Shown here piece after piece: positions 1 through 10,484 of a stretch of DNA of 64,000 nucleotides. The notes below the pieces were generated by a model that saw only the letters and a program-made list of their open reading frames with translations, was not told where the DNA came from and ran no database searches. This DNA comes from Blastocladiella emersonii ATCC 22665 (taxonomy: Eukaryota > Fungi > Blastocladiomycota), in NCBI GenBank assembly GCA_025594325.1, contig JANHCV010000008.1, forward strand, positions 1,364,001 through 1,428,000. The letters are read 5' to 3'. A program made the position numbers and the translations under genes. Every line of letters starts with the position of its first letter. Position 1 is the first letter of the stretch.

Positions 1-935
1 GCGAGGGTCTTGGACGGGTCGCCGATCATGTCGTAGAGCGGGTCGGACTCCCTGCTGGGCGTGTCGTAAATTTTATGAGTGAAAACGTGTTTGACTTGCC
101 GCTCCGAGCCGATGACCGGGTCGTCGATATCAATCACCTCGGCCACGAGAGCGCGGAACTTGAGATAATAATCACCCACGGTGCTGCCGGGTCGCGGCTC
201 GAGGGCGTGGAACCGCGCGACCCACTCGCGGTTCCAGTCCGGATCCGCCGCGTTCATGAACACGCGCCGCGCCTCCACATCGGTCGCGGTCTCGCGCAAA
301 TAGATCGAGAAGACGTGGTACAGCGGTTTCGGTACGTTGAACCGCGACAAGTAAAGCGCTTGGCACAGCGGGATTTCGGGCGTGAGCGCCTGTAGCATTT
401 TGAGGTACTCGGCCGCGTCGCGTGCTACGCGCATCCGCTTCGGACCGCGAATCCCAAGCAGCGGCGCTCGTTCGCGGATGACGTCAAAGTAGCCCGAGTC
501 GTAGGAACGGCGGTGCGTGCCTAGCATGTGCGCAGGGACCGGTGTTGGGGCAAGTTCCGGCTGAGTCGAGTTTGCTGGTATGGTCCGAGTCAAGTCGTGT
601 GCACGGCGCTGTGCTGTATCGCTGCACTCCTCGATAGAACGCCGGAGATTTTCCAGCTCACAAATGACGGCCGCAAGCTCGGTCAACCGCGACGAAGCAA
701 GCTCGGATGAGCATCGTTGAAGGTGTAGCGTAAGCGATAGGTTGATGTGCTTGAGACGCAGTTCCATGGTCTGGCGGACCACGGCTTCAAGCAACTGGAC
801 CAAACCTGCCTCGTCGGACGGCAACTCGCGCAAGGCGACGAATCGAGCAAGTGCGGGCGGCAAGTGGACGCCGTCGCGCGACAGAAAGGTAAATAGCCTT
901 GAAGTTCCGTTGCATGGAGTACATGGCGATTTCAT
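1..935 (-). CDS. Gag-like orphan family A, copy 1 (runs off window start)
   Basis: Manual translation from ATG at 935 (MKSPCTPCNGTSRLFTFL...APLLGIRGPKRMRVARDAAEYL...WNREWVARFHALEPRPGSTVGDYYLKFRALVAEV...) is open to base 1; absent from the ORF track because no stop lies in the window. Confidence 0.8.
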   Translation of the reverse strand, partial: MKSPCTPCNGTSRLFTFLSRDGVHLPPALARFVALRELPSDEAGLVQLLEAVVRQTMELRLKHINLSLTLHLQRCSSELASSRLTELAAVICELENLRRSIEECSDTAQRRAHDLTRTIPANSTQPELAPTPVPAHMLGTHRRSYDSGYFDVIRERAPLLGIRGPKRMRVARDAAEYLKMLQALTPEIPLCQALYLSRFNVPKPLYHVFSIYLRETATDVEARRVFMNAADPDWNREWVARFHALEPRPGSTVGDYYLKFRALVAEVIDIDDPVIGSERQVKHVFTHKIYDTPSRESDPLYDMIGDPSKTL

Positions 936-1038
936 GGTCGTGGGAGTGGTGTTAAGGCCTCGAGGGGGAGAGAGAGGAGGCGCTCGGGACGGTGGCGAAA
1001 TGGGCTGCGCCACACGACAAGAACGTGCGCCGAGGCAT

Positions 1039-1059
1039 CACATGATTGTTTGACGCGTC
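1039..1059 (-). promoter_or_regulatory. Composite MCB-N7-E-box element upstream of family A copy 1
   Basis: CACATG-attgttt-GACGCGTC, 104 bp from the ATG at 935. Confidence 0.7.
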
Positions 1060-1198
1060 TCACACGAGCAGTTCATCAATGCGGTCTGCCCTTTGCTATT
1101 CTCGCTCACTGTCTTCGCTTGCCTTCTACCCAACTGCTTCGCAACGTCGCGTCCGCACCCTGATGCCGCACCTCGGACGAAAACGCTCGCTGAACCGA

Positions 1199-1366
1199 TC
1201 AACGACAAGGCTGCCATATAAGAAGCGCGAGGAGTTCTGTCTCACAGTCTGGCCGCTTTCGTGAGACAGCGAATAGGCTGAGAGCTGGCGCCAGACCGTC
1301 TCCGTTGAACATGAGAAGTGTAAATAGCTCCATGGGTCTGTTGAATGGAGTGCAGGGCGATTTCAT
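1199..1366 (-). pseudogene. Degenerate 5' remnant of family A
   Basis: MKSPCTPFNRPMELFTLL...LAPALSLF matches the family N-terminus then decays; own degenerate element at 1437-1457 (CACATG-attcctc-GGCGCGTC). Confidence 0.65.
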
Positions 1367-1534
1367 AGCGACAGGATTGGCCTCACACCACCAAAAAGAG
1401 TCGAGAGTCCCCGAGCTCGGGTCGCTCATAGTTTGTCACATGATTCCTCGGCGCGTCAGCTCCGTTCGGCTGACCCCATCGAACGTGGCACTTCTCGCAG
1501 GCGTGATACTGCGATGAAGTCTATTTCAGCCCGC

Positions 1535-2995
1535 CTACACATCGAACAGCAGACCGCGCTTGGTCAGTACCGCCCTTGCCTCGTGCCAGACATCCAGCAC
1601 TGACTTGAGCGCCCACGCCTCTTCCTCCTTCAGCACGACAAGCAACGCGCCAAGTATTTCGGTGCACTGCTCGACCTTGAGCCTGTCGTTATTCGTCGAC
1701 AGACGGCGCCAGCACGCGCCGACGTTGTCGCGCAAGCGATTGATACTGTGAATCAGCTCCTTGGCCGTGCAATTGGCCGGCAACACGGTACACGCGCTCT
1801 CGGCACGCGCAACTTGGATCCCCTCGGCAAGCATCTTACCATAATTTTGGACGCGCTGATGCAGCTTTTTGCACTCGTGGGATGTGTGCGTCGCGGCCCC
1901 GTGCGCGTCGTGCTTGATGGATCGGCAGAAGGAACACCGATCCTTGCCACTGACGTTCTTGTGCAGGGCGCGCGATGTGTCTGCGGTCGGAAGTGGCGCC
2001 CGCGCGGGTGCGGCATCAGGTATGCGCAGCGAGGCAAAATGCGCAGCCAGTTCCGCAAGTGTCAGGTACTGCTCGCCGAGCATCTCGTTCACCGGGTCGG
2101 ACAGGCCGCCCATCACCTCGTAGAGCTTGTTCGAGAAGACGTGTTTGATATTCCGCTCGGAAGCAATGTTGCGGTTGTCGATATCGATCACCTCGGCAAG
2201 CAACGCGCGATATTCAAGGTGAAAGTCACCCACGGTACTGCCCGGCCGCGGCAAGAGCGCGAGAAATCGCTGGACCCAGTCACGGTTCCAGTTCGGATCC
2301 GCCGCGTCCAGGAACACGCGGCGCGCTTCCGCATCGGTCGCGTTCTCGCGCAAGAAGATCGCGAAGACGTGATACAGGGGTTTGGGCACGTTGAACCGCG
2401 CGAGATAGAGCGCTTGGGCGAGCGGAATCTCATAAGCAACAGCGCGCAACGAATCGAGAAAGTCATTTGGGTCCCGAGCGACCCGCATGCGCGCGGGCCC
2501 ACGGATCCCGAAGAGCGGTGCATCCTTGCGGATAGCCTGAAAAAAGGCCGTATTGTACGAGCGGCGGAACCCTTTCCGGTTGACGAGCGGGGCTGGCAGC
2601 TGGTGGGCCGTCGACGCACTAGAAGGGCCGTGTCCTGGCTTGGCAGAGCGGGAATCGGGTCCTTGTTGTCGTACACGTGCGCGATGCTCCTCGATGGCGG
2701 AGCTCAAGAGCTCGAGCTCCCGAACCATGGCGGCCAGTTCAGTTTCAGCCGAGGGCTCCAACATGGGCGCTAGCTGTTGCAGGCACCGCGAAAGAGACAA
2801 CCGAATGATTTGGATCCGCAAGTCCATGGTTTGGCGAGTGACGTCTCCCAATAGGTTTGAGAGCTCCTCGTCGCCGGTCGGGAACTCGTTTGAGCGGACG
2901 AAGCGAGCAAGTGCTGGCGGCAAGTTGCCGCACTCGTGCGCAAGGAAAGAAAATAGCTTTTCGGGTCCGTTGCATGGAGTGCATGAGGCTAACAT
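1535..2995 (-). CDS. Gag-like orphan family A, copy 2 (intact, ~486 aa)
   Basis: Open ORF; ATG at 2995 aligns with paralogue starts (MLASCTPCNGPEKLFSFL); capsid-like PRPGSTVGDFHLEYRAL and CSFC-x12-H-x4-C. Confidence 0.85.
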   Translation of the reverse strand: MLASCTPCNGPEKLFSFLAHECGNLPPALARFVRSNEFPTGDEELSNLLGDVTRQTMDLRIQIIRLSLSRCLQQLAPMLEPSAETELAAMVRELELLSSAIEEHRARVRQQGPDSRSAKPGHGPSSASTAHQLPAPLVNRKGFRRSYNTAFFQAIRKDAPLFGIRGPARMRVARDPNDFLDSLRAVAYEIPLAQALYLARFNVPKPLYHVFAIFLRENATDAEARRVFLDAADPNWNRDWVQRFLALLPRPGSTVGDFHLEYRALLAEVIDIDNRNIASERNIKHVFSNKLYEVMGGLSDPVNEMLGEQYLTLAELAAHFASLRIPDAAPARAPLPTADTSRALHKNVSGKDRCSFCRSIKHDAHGAATHTSHECKKLHQRVQNYGKMLAEGIQVARAESACTVLPANCTAKELIHSINRLRDNVGACWRRLSTNNDRLKVEQCTEILGALLVVLKEEEAWALKSVLDVWHEARAVLTKRGLLFDV

Positions 2996-3091
2996 GGTGT
3001 TGGGAGGGAGTATACGGTGGTTGCAAGGAGGCGCGGTGGTTTGAACGCGCTGCTGCGATCTGAAACGCAGGTTCGACCTGCGGCGGGACAT

Positions 3092-3112
3092 CACATGATA
3101 TCTCGACGCGTC
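3092..3112 (-). promoter_or_regulatory. Composite element upstream of family A copy 2
   Basis: CACATG-atatctc-GACGCGTC, 97 bp from ATG. Confidence 0.7.
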
Positions 3113-3555
3113 CACGCTCGCTCGCCAACCGCCCGGGCTCCCGTTCTCTCAGTCCGGTTCTCGGGGTGAGCCGCCCTCCTAGCTGACGCCCAGCGCTTAC
3201 GACCAACGTGCGTCCGAAGAGTGCCGTCGGATCCGACTCGCATCGGCAATGAATATGCAAACAAACGTCGTGCAATATTGTTATCAGTCAGATCAGAGCC
3301 ATCCCTTGCTGCATCGAGAGAGTCTCCTGCAGCAAGTCCTGGCCAGCCTTGAGCGCCCACGCCGCCTGCTCAATTGGCAGCGCGAGATACGCCGCGAGGC
3401 CCTCGACTACATTCGTAACATGATCCATGTCCTCGCTCTCAGCCATGCATCGAGGACCTGAGATACCTGATGCTGAGCCTGGCGGAAGGTAGCAACAGTT
3501 GGATAGTCGTTTATTCAGTTAATGATCGTAAGAATTTGGTTCCGCGTGCAAAAGG

Positions 3556-4959
3556 CTACTCGGCCCGATGCCAGCCGCGTTGTTTCCCCTCCGTTCGGGT
3601 TGCTCGCCACATCTCCTGGACAGACCGGAGAGCCCAGCCTTCCCGCTGAACTGGAAGCGCGAGAAGCGCTGCGAGGAGGTCCACGCAATCGCCAAGCTTG
3701 TACTTGTGCGACCTTGTCGGTAGAAAGCCAGAATAGCCACCAATGTACGTGCGCAGCTCTTGCATAGTGCGAATGAACTCGTCCGCCCCGCAGTCTCCCT
3801 GCCAAACTTGACGAGGGACCCGCGCTCGCGTCACGTAGATTCCCTCGGCGAGCATCGCGCCGTAGTGACTCGTGCGCTTTAACCTGCAGCACTCCTCGGT
3901 GGTATGCGATCCAGCGGCGTCTCGCTCACGCGGCAACGCGCGGCAGAAATGACACGACATATCACGTTTGACACTCCCGCGGCCCGGCGTTGGCCTCTCG
4001 ACTACCGTTGACGAAGTCGAGTGGCGGACTATTTTGAGCGAGGAAAGTTGACTTGCCATTTCGGCGAGAGAAACGGTTTCGAGGCCAACCAATTTGTTGA
4101 TGGCCATCGTCGCTGCGCCCAGGACCCGGTGCAGCTTGATTGAGAATATGTGCTTGATCTGCCGCTCGCTGCCAATAACCGGATCGTCAACATCGATGAC
4201 CTCGGCAAGCATCGCTCGGTACTCGACGTAAAATTCGCCCAAAGTGCTACCCGGTCGCGGCTCGAGTCTGCAAAACCGCTTGAACCACTCGCGGTTCCAG
4301 TTCGGGTCGGCTGCGTTCAGGAACACGCGACGCGCTTTGGAATCTGACGCGGTCTCGCGCAAGAAGATGCAGTAGACAGTGTAAACCATTTTGGGCACGT
4401 TATGCCGGGCGAGGTAGAGTGCTTGCGCGAGCGGGATACTTGGTACGAGCTTCCAGAGGTGGCCAACAAACTCGATTGCGTCTCGTGCGACCCGCGAGCT
4501 CGGCCCGTCGATGCCGAGGAGTAGCGCGGATTCTCGGATGACTCGGAAGCAAGCTGTATCATACGATACGCGAGGCTTGCCCGGCGTGTGCCACAGCGCG
4601 CTGACGGGCGACTGTGGTCGGGACGAGCGCTCGTTTCCAAGAGCACGGCGTTGCTCGATCGTGGGAGTCAACTCGTTGAGCTCATCAAGAAGCGCGACGA
4701 GCTCAGCCATCTCGGGGGCCGCCTGCTCGGGTAGACGGTGGTCAAGGCCGCAAGTGAGGGACACGCGAATCGACTGAATGCGCAAGTCCAGTTTCAACAG
4801 AATCACCGCTTTTAACAGCTGTAGCAGCTCAGAGTCGGCCGGGGGAAACTCGTTGGAGCGTGCGAAGCTGACAAGAATCGGCGGTAAACTGTCGCGCCGC
4901 CGCAAAATGAACGAAAACAGCTTTTCAGGTTCGTTGCATAGAGTGTCTGGTGTTTTCAT
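3556..4959 (-). CDS. Gag-like orphan family A, copy 3 (intact, ~467 aa)
   Basis: Open ORF, start MKTPDTLCNEPEKLFSF; same motifs; CHFC-x12-H-x4-C. Confidence 0.85.
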   Translation of the reverse strand: MKTPDTLCNEPEKLFSFILRRRDSLPPILVSFARSNEFPPADSELLQLLKAVILLKLDLRIQSIRVSLTCGLDHRLPEQAAPEMAELVALLDELNELTPTIEQRRALGNERSSRPQSPVSALWHTPGKPRVSYDTACFRVIRESALLLGIDGPSSRVARDAIEFVGHLWKLVPSIPLAQALYLARHNVPKMVYTVYCIFLRETASDSKARRVFLNAADPNWNREWFKRFCRLEPRPGSTLGEFYVEYRAMLAEVIDVDDPVIGSERQIKHIFSIKLHRVLGAATMAINKLVGLETVSLAEMASQLSSLKIVRHSTSSTVVERPTPGRGSVKRDMSCHFCRALPRERDAAGSHTTEECCRLKRTSHYGAMLAEGIYVTRARVPRQVWQGDCGADEFIRTMQELRTYIGGYSGFLPTRSHKYKLGDCVDLLAALLALPVQREGWALRSVQEMWRATRTEGKQRGWHRAE

Positions 4960-5042
4960 GGCATTGGAAGTGCTGTACGTGTCGCCGATCAGAGAGGAGA
5001 CGGTCCGCAAGCAAACAGCCTGGGTCGCCCAACTTGAAACGT

Positions 5043-5063
5043 CATGTGATAACTCGACGCGTC
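5043..5063 (-). promoter_or_regulatory. Composite element upstream of family A copy 3
   Basis: CATGTG-ataactc-GACGCGTC, 84 bp from ATG. Confidence 0.7.
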
Positions 5064-5296
5064 GCCTCCGCGTCGCTCTCGCAAAGCCCGTCACGATCAT
5101 GTCGTGCATGCTTGCCGACCGCTTCCGCCTCAACTCGAATGGAAGCGGCGACAATCATACACGCGCTCCCCGTCAAACTTTCGCTCAGGCTCACATGAGG
5201 TGTACATCGCCTGGTTGCTCACGTTTTGAACACCAGAGAGGGCATCAGCTGCAACACAACAAGTCAAAATATAGTTAAACACGCAGCGACTCACAC

Positions 5297-6766
5297 TCAT
5301 GCACCATTGAACCATCCCTTCTTCCTGCCAACAACGAGCGTCTCGCGCAACACATCACGGACCGCCTTTAGTGTCCGTTCCGACTGATCGATTGGGAGGG
5401 CAAGAAACGCTACAACGAGCTCGACGCTGTCCTGGACATTGATTTCGTTGTCGCCTCCAGATCCAGGCACCTGTGCTTGTGCCTTTCTTAGTGCCCGCCG
5501 CAGGTCCTGCAGATCCTGGACCAAGGCACGAATTGAGCCGTGTTCGCGCCAGAGGTCGCGCGGAGCGCTCACCTGCGCGATGAAGATTCCCCTGGCAAGA
5601 ACAACATCGTAAAACCGCGCGCGCAGCAGTTTGTGACACTCTTCAAGTGTATGTGTTGCTGCGCCGTGGCTCTCGCGTGTCAAGGTCCGGCAGAACAGGC
5701 AACGGTCATTGCCTGAGAGCTTCGCCTGGCTGGTGGCCAGTTCCGAGTCAACGGGGTGTCGCGACAGAGGCATTTTCGCTGAATCGGGAATCTTGATGGA
5801 AGCAAATTGGCGCGCCATGTCTGCGACGGTCTAGTTAGGATAATTGACCATTGAGTGGATCGCATCAGATGATTCGACAAACGCCTCGTGCAGCTTGTTG
5901 GAAAACACGTTCTTGACTTGGCGCTCGCTCCCGATCATTGGGTCGTCGATATTGATTACCTCGGCGAGAAGGGCACGAAACTCGAGATAGAAATTGCCCA
6001 CGGTGCTCCCTGACCGGGGCTGCAGCGCATGAAACCGGGCGACCCACTCGTGGTTCCAGTCGGGATTGGCTGCATTGAGAAAGACCTGCCGCGCCTCCGC
6101 ATCGGTCACGTCCTCGCGCAAGAAGATCGATACAAGATGGTACAGCGGCTTCGAAACGTTGAATCGCGAGAGATAGAGAGCTTGCGCAAGTGGGATGGTA
6201 GGCACAAGCTCCTGCAGCAGACTGAGATACTCGGCGGCGTCGCGCGCAACCCGCATCCGCTTCGGGCCGCGGACTCCAAGCAGCGGCGCTGACCTGCGAA
6301 TAGTCTGGAATTGATCCGACTCGTATGAGAGGCGGAAACCGCGAAAGACGCTGGCTGGTTTGCGCGGCGCGGACAGGTCATTCGATCGCGTGCGATTTTG
6401 GGTTGCAGGAAAACACTGAGCCCGAACATCCTGGGGAGTTTCGAGGCGTCGCTCGATCGCGGAGCTAAGCGTCTCGAGCTCACGAAGAACTTCCGCGAGC
6501 TCGGCCGCTTGCACGCGGTCCAGCTCGGACGACTTGTGCGACTGATGACGTGAGGCCTGGTCAAGAGACAGGTGGATGACGCGTATGCGCAGTTCCATGG
6601 ACTTGCGAGTCACAGCATCAAGCAGCTGGATGAGATCCGCGTCGCCAATCGGAAACGTATTCGATGCGACGAATTGAGCAAGTGCTGGCGGTAAGCTGTC
6701 GCGGTCTCTCAAAAGGAAGGAAAATAGCTTTTCTGGTCCGTTGCATGGAGTGCATGGTAGTAACAT
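5297..6766 (-). pseudogene. Family A copy 4 with a single in-frame TAG
   Basis: ORFs 5831..6766 and 5297..5818 share one frame; TAG at 5833-5831 where paralogues have K/R. Confidence 0.8.
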
Positions 6767-6869
6767 GGTGGCGTAGGTTTCATACGTATGCGTTGGAGAG
6801 CGGAAGCGCCGATCGAGGCGGCGATCGTCTCGCGGGCGCCTCGAGACACCTCACGTGCACTTGAAACAT

Positions 6870-6890
6870 CATGTGATAGCTCGACGCGTC
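6870..6890 (-). promoter_or_regulatory. Composite element upstream of family A copy 4
   Basis: CATGTG-atagctc-GACGCGTC, 104 bp from ATG. Confidence 0.7.
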
Positions 6891-7111
6891 GCCTCCCCGT
6901 CGCTCTCGTAGGCCCGTCGCGATCCTGTCACGCATGCTTGACGACCCTTCTCGCCTGAATTCTAATAGGAGCAGCCACGCTTACACACGCGCTCTCTGGA
7001 AAAGTGTTGCTTGGCCATTATGAAATGGGCGGCGTCGCCCTCCTCCTCCCGTTCCTAACACCGGAGAGGGCATCAGCTGCAACAAAACAAGTCAAAAAGA
7101 GCGGACCCCGC

Positions 7112-8580
7112 TCACGCATCATGGAACCACCCCTTCTTCCTGCCAAACGCGAGTGTCTCGCGTAACATTTCGCGGACCGCCTTGAGTGCCCACTCCTCCC
7201 GCTCAATTGGCAAAGCAAGAAACGCGGTGACGCGCTCGACGCTGTCCTCACCATTGACCTCGTCTTGGCCACCAGACTTTTGGACTTGTCCGTTCCGCAG
7301 TCCCCGCCGCAGGTCGTGCAAGTCGCGGATCAAGGTACGAGGTGGTCCGTGCTCGCGCTGAAGCTCGCGCGGAACACACGTACTTGTAATACGGATCCCC
7401 TTGGCAAGAATTGCGCTGTAGAACCGCGCGCGCAGCAGCTTATGGCATCCTTCAGCTGTACGAGTCCCTGCACCATGATCCTCGCGCGTCATGTCGTGCA
7501 GAACACGCAACGGTCCTTGACCAAGAGCTTGCCTTGGTTTCGGACCAAGTCGATGTCAAGGATGGGTCGCGACACGGATGCGTGCGGTGAGTCGGGAATT
7601 TCAACGGAGGCATGCTGGCGCGCCATCACGTCGGAGACCGTCCTGCCCGCGTAATTGACCACCTCGTGGAGCGCATCGGATGTGTCACCGAGCGCGTCGA
7701 GCAACCTGTTGGAAAATACGTGTTTGACTTGCCGCTCGCTGTCAATCATTGGGTCGTCGATGTTCATGACCTCCGCTAGCAGCGCGCAAAACTCGAGGTA
7801 AAAGTCTCCAACGGTGCTGCCCGGTCGCGGCTTGAGCGCCGAGAAGCGCTGGACCCAGCCACGGTTCCAGTTTGGATCGGCTGCATTGAGAAACACCTGG
7901 CGCGCCTCCGCATCGGTGGCTCTCTCGCGCAAGAAGATCGAGAGAACATGGTACAGCGGTCTCGACACGTTGAATCGTGAGAGATAGAGAGCTTGCGCGA
8001 GCGGGATAATGGGGACGAGCTCCTGCAGCGCTTTGATATAATCGGCTGCATCGCGCGCGACCTGCTTTCGTTTCGGACCGCGGATCCTAAGCAGCGGCGC
8101 TGATCTGCGAATGGTCTGGAATTGATCGAGCTCGTATGAGAGGCGGAAACAGCGAAAGCCGCGGACTGGTTTGCGCGGCGCGGGTGCGATAGTTGATTGC
8201 TTGTGGTTTGGAGCGCCAGGCGTCGACTGACGAGCTCGAAAGTCATGGGGAGCTTCGAGGCGTCGCTTGATCACGGAGCTGAGCGTCTAGAGCTCGCCGA
8301 GAATGGCCGCGAGCTCGGCCTCTCGCGCGCGCTCCAGCTCAGTCACATCGAGCGACTGCTTACGCGCGGCCTGGCCAAGAGTCAAGTGAATGGCGCGTAT
8401 GCGCAGGTCCATGGACTGGCGGATCACGGCATCAAGCAGCTGGATGAGATCCGCGTCGCCGATCGGAAACGCGTTTGATGCGACGAATTGAGCAAGTGCC
8501 GGCGGCAAACTGACGCGGTCTCTTACAAGGAAAGAAAAGAGCCTTTCTGGTCCGTTGCATAGAGTGCATGATGGTGGCAT
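7112..8580 (-). pseudogene. Family A copy 5 (nonsense + frameshift)
   Basis: TAG at 8289-8287 replacing E; frameshift inside the zinc finger near 7495; finger His replaced by Arg. Confidence 0.8.
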
Positions 8581-8663
8581 GGTGCATTGAGCTTCATAGG
8601 TATGGGTTGGAGAGCGGGAACGCCAATCGCGTTGCGCCCCTTGAAACCTCCCGCGCGAAACAT

Positions 8664-8684
8664 CATGTGATCGCTCGACGCGTC
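8664..8684 (-). promoter_or_regulatory. Composite element upstream of family A copy 5
   Basis: CATGTG-atcgctc-GACGCGTC, 84 bp from ATG. Confidence 0.7.
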
Positions 8685-8787
8685 TCCTCCATCATGTTTC
8701 CCCTCCCCCCCCCCCACCACGATCTCGTTACAGGAAACAATGTTTTAAAACTGCGAGTCAGCAGAATGTATTCATTCATCCCGATCC

Positions 8788-9830
8788 TCACAACGACCGT
8801 TCGGCGTGATACCACCCGCGTTTCTGGGCTTCCGTGCGAGCTTTCCGCCACATCTCCAGCACGAATTGAAAGGCCCACTCTTCTTGTTCGATTGGGAGCA
8901 CAAGGAACGCTCTGAGAAGCTCCACGCAATCCTCGATACTGCGTGCAATTGACGGCTTTGACAGTGAGCCGCGGTAATCCTTGATGCTCGCGCGCAGCTC
9001 CTGCATCGTCCGAACCAGGTCTTTTGCTGAACACTCGGCATGCCGCATTTGGCGCGGAACGTGTGACCGCGGAGCGTGGATCCCCTCGGCCAGCTTCACG
9101 CTGTAGTACGTCGTGCGGCGCAGTTTGTGGCACTCCTCAGTCGTATGTGATCCGGCGCCGTGGTTCTCGCGCGCCATAGCGCGGCACAAGGCGCATCGGG
9201 AATTTCCCTTAACTCTGCCGGCGGGACGCAGCGGTCGCGCCGGTTGAGGCGGTGGCGACGTCGAGCGATCGGGGAAAGTCACAGAAGCAGCTTGAGCTGC
9301 CATTTCCGCGACAGAAACGGTTGAGAGACCGACCAAGTCGTTTAGGGACCCCATGGCAGTCCCGAGGGCCTCGTGCAGCTTGTTTGAGAAGACGTGCTTG
9401 ATCTGCCGCTCGGAGGAGACCATGGGGTCGTTGATTGGAATCACCTCGGCGAGCAGCGCGCGGAACTCGGCAGAGAAATCGGCCACGGTACTGCCTGGGC
9501 GTGGCGTGAGAGCGTGGAGCCGCGCGATCCACTCGCGATTCCAGTTCGGGTCAGCGGCGTCCAAGAATACGCGGCGTGCCTCGGAACCTGAGACCGTCTC
9601 GCGCAGAAAGATGGCATACACGCTGTACAGCGGCTTGGACACGTTGTACCGTGCGAGGTAGAGTGTCCGCACGAGCGGGATACTGGGTACAAGATTGCGG
9701 AGGAGCTCGAGAAATTCGACCGCGTCGCGCGCGACTCGCATGCGTTTTGGTCCCTTGATTCCAAGCAACGGGGCGTTTTCGCGGATAACTTTACCCCCCA
9801 GACCCTCTCTGCGTGGCACGTAAACACGCA
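8788..9830 (-). pseudogene. Family A copy 6, 5'-truncated
   Basis: Homology starts at IRENAPLLGIKGPK; N-terminal helical domain and promoter missing, replaced by the 3' end of the RanBD sequence. Confidence 0.75.
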
Positions 9831-9881
9831 CCACGTGTCTATTGAACATTCGGGCTGAACGAGCAAATAGAGCCTATTGCA

Positions 9882-10484
9882 TTATTTAATCAGAGAATGG
9901 CCAAGGCGTGAAGTAAAAGCGGGGGGATGGCAGAACAGGTGATCGGCGTCGGGGGCGGGGACGCTGGGCCCGTTCGGGGAGGCGGCGCCGGCGTTGAGGT
10001 CGTTGTTCCACTTCTGGGCCTCCTCGAACTTGGCCTTGAAGCGCTGGGCAATGTCCGAGTTGGCGAAGCGCACGGCGAGCATCTCAGGCTTGACCTCGTC
10101 CTCGGAGAAGTCGGCGAGGGCGGTCCAGACCCACGAGCGGTCCGAGCCGACGTTGGGGTTGAGCTTCATCTCGGGGGCAATGACGTGGTTGGCGCAGAGC
10201 TTGAGCGTCTTGTCGCGGCGCATCAGCACGCGCACCTTGCCCGACTGCTTGTGCATCATGAGGCGCATCTCGCCCGTGCCGCGCTCCTTCCACTCGGTCG
10301 TGGCCTTCTCGAACCGGAACAGCTTGGCGCGCCTGTATCATTACGAGTGGATTGTGAGTGGAGGTGGTCGCGGCGGTGAGACGCGTCGCTCACGCCGGCC
10401 GTGGGATACGCGTGAAAAGAAACGAACGCACATCCTGAACAGGGGCGTCTCGTCGTCCTCGGCCGTCTTCACCTCTACCTTCTC
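9882..10484 (-). CDS. Ran-binding domain (RanBP1/Yrb1-like) exons without their own start
   Basis: [18 protein letters not shown] / [24 protein letters not shown]...KLCANH...SDRSWVW...[22 protein letters not shown]; intron 10431-10333 (GTGCGT...TACAG). Confidence 0.85.

Noticed and set aside
3249-3461. Short plus-strand ORF between family A copies 2 and 3
   Set aside because: No recognisable motif, paralogue or promoter; cannot be supported as a gene
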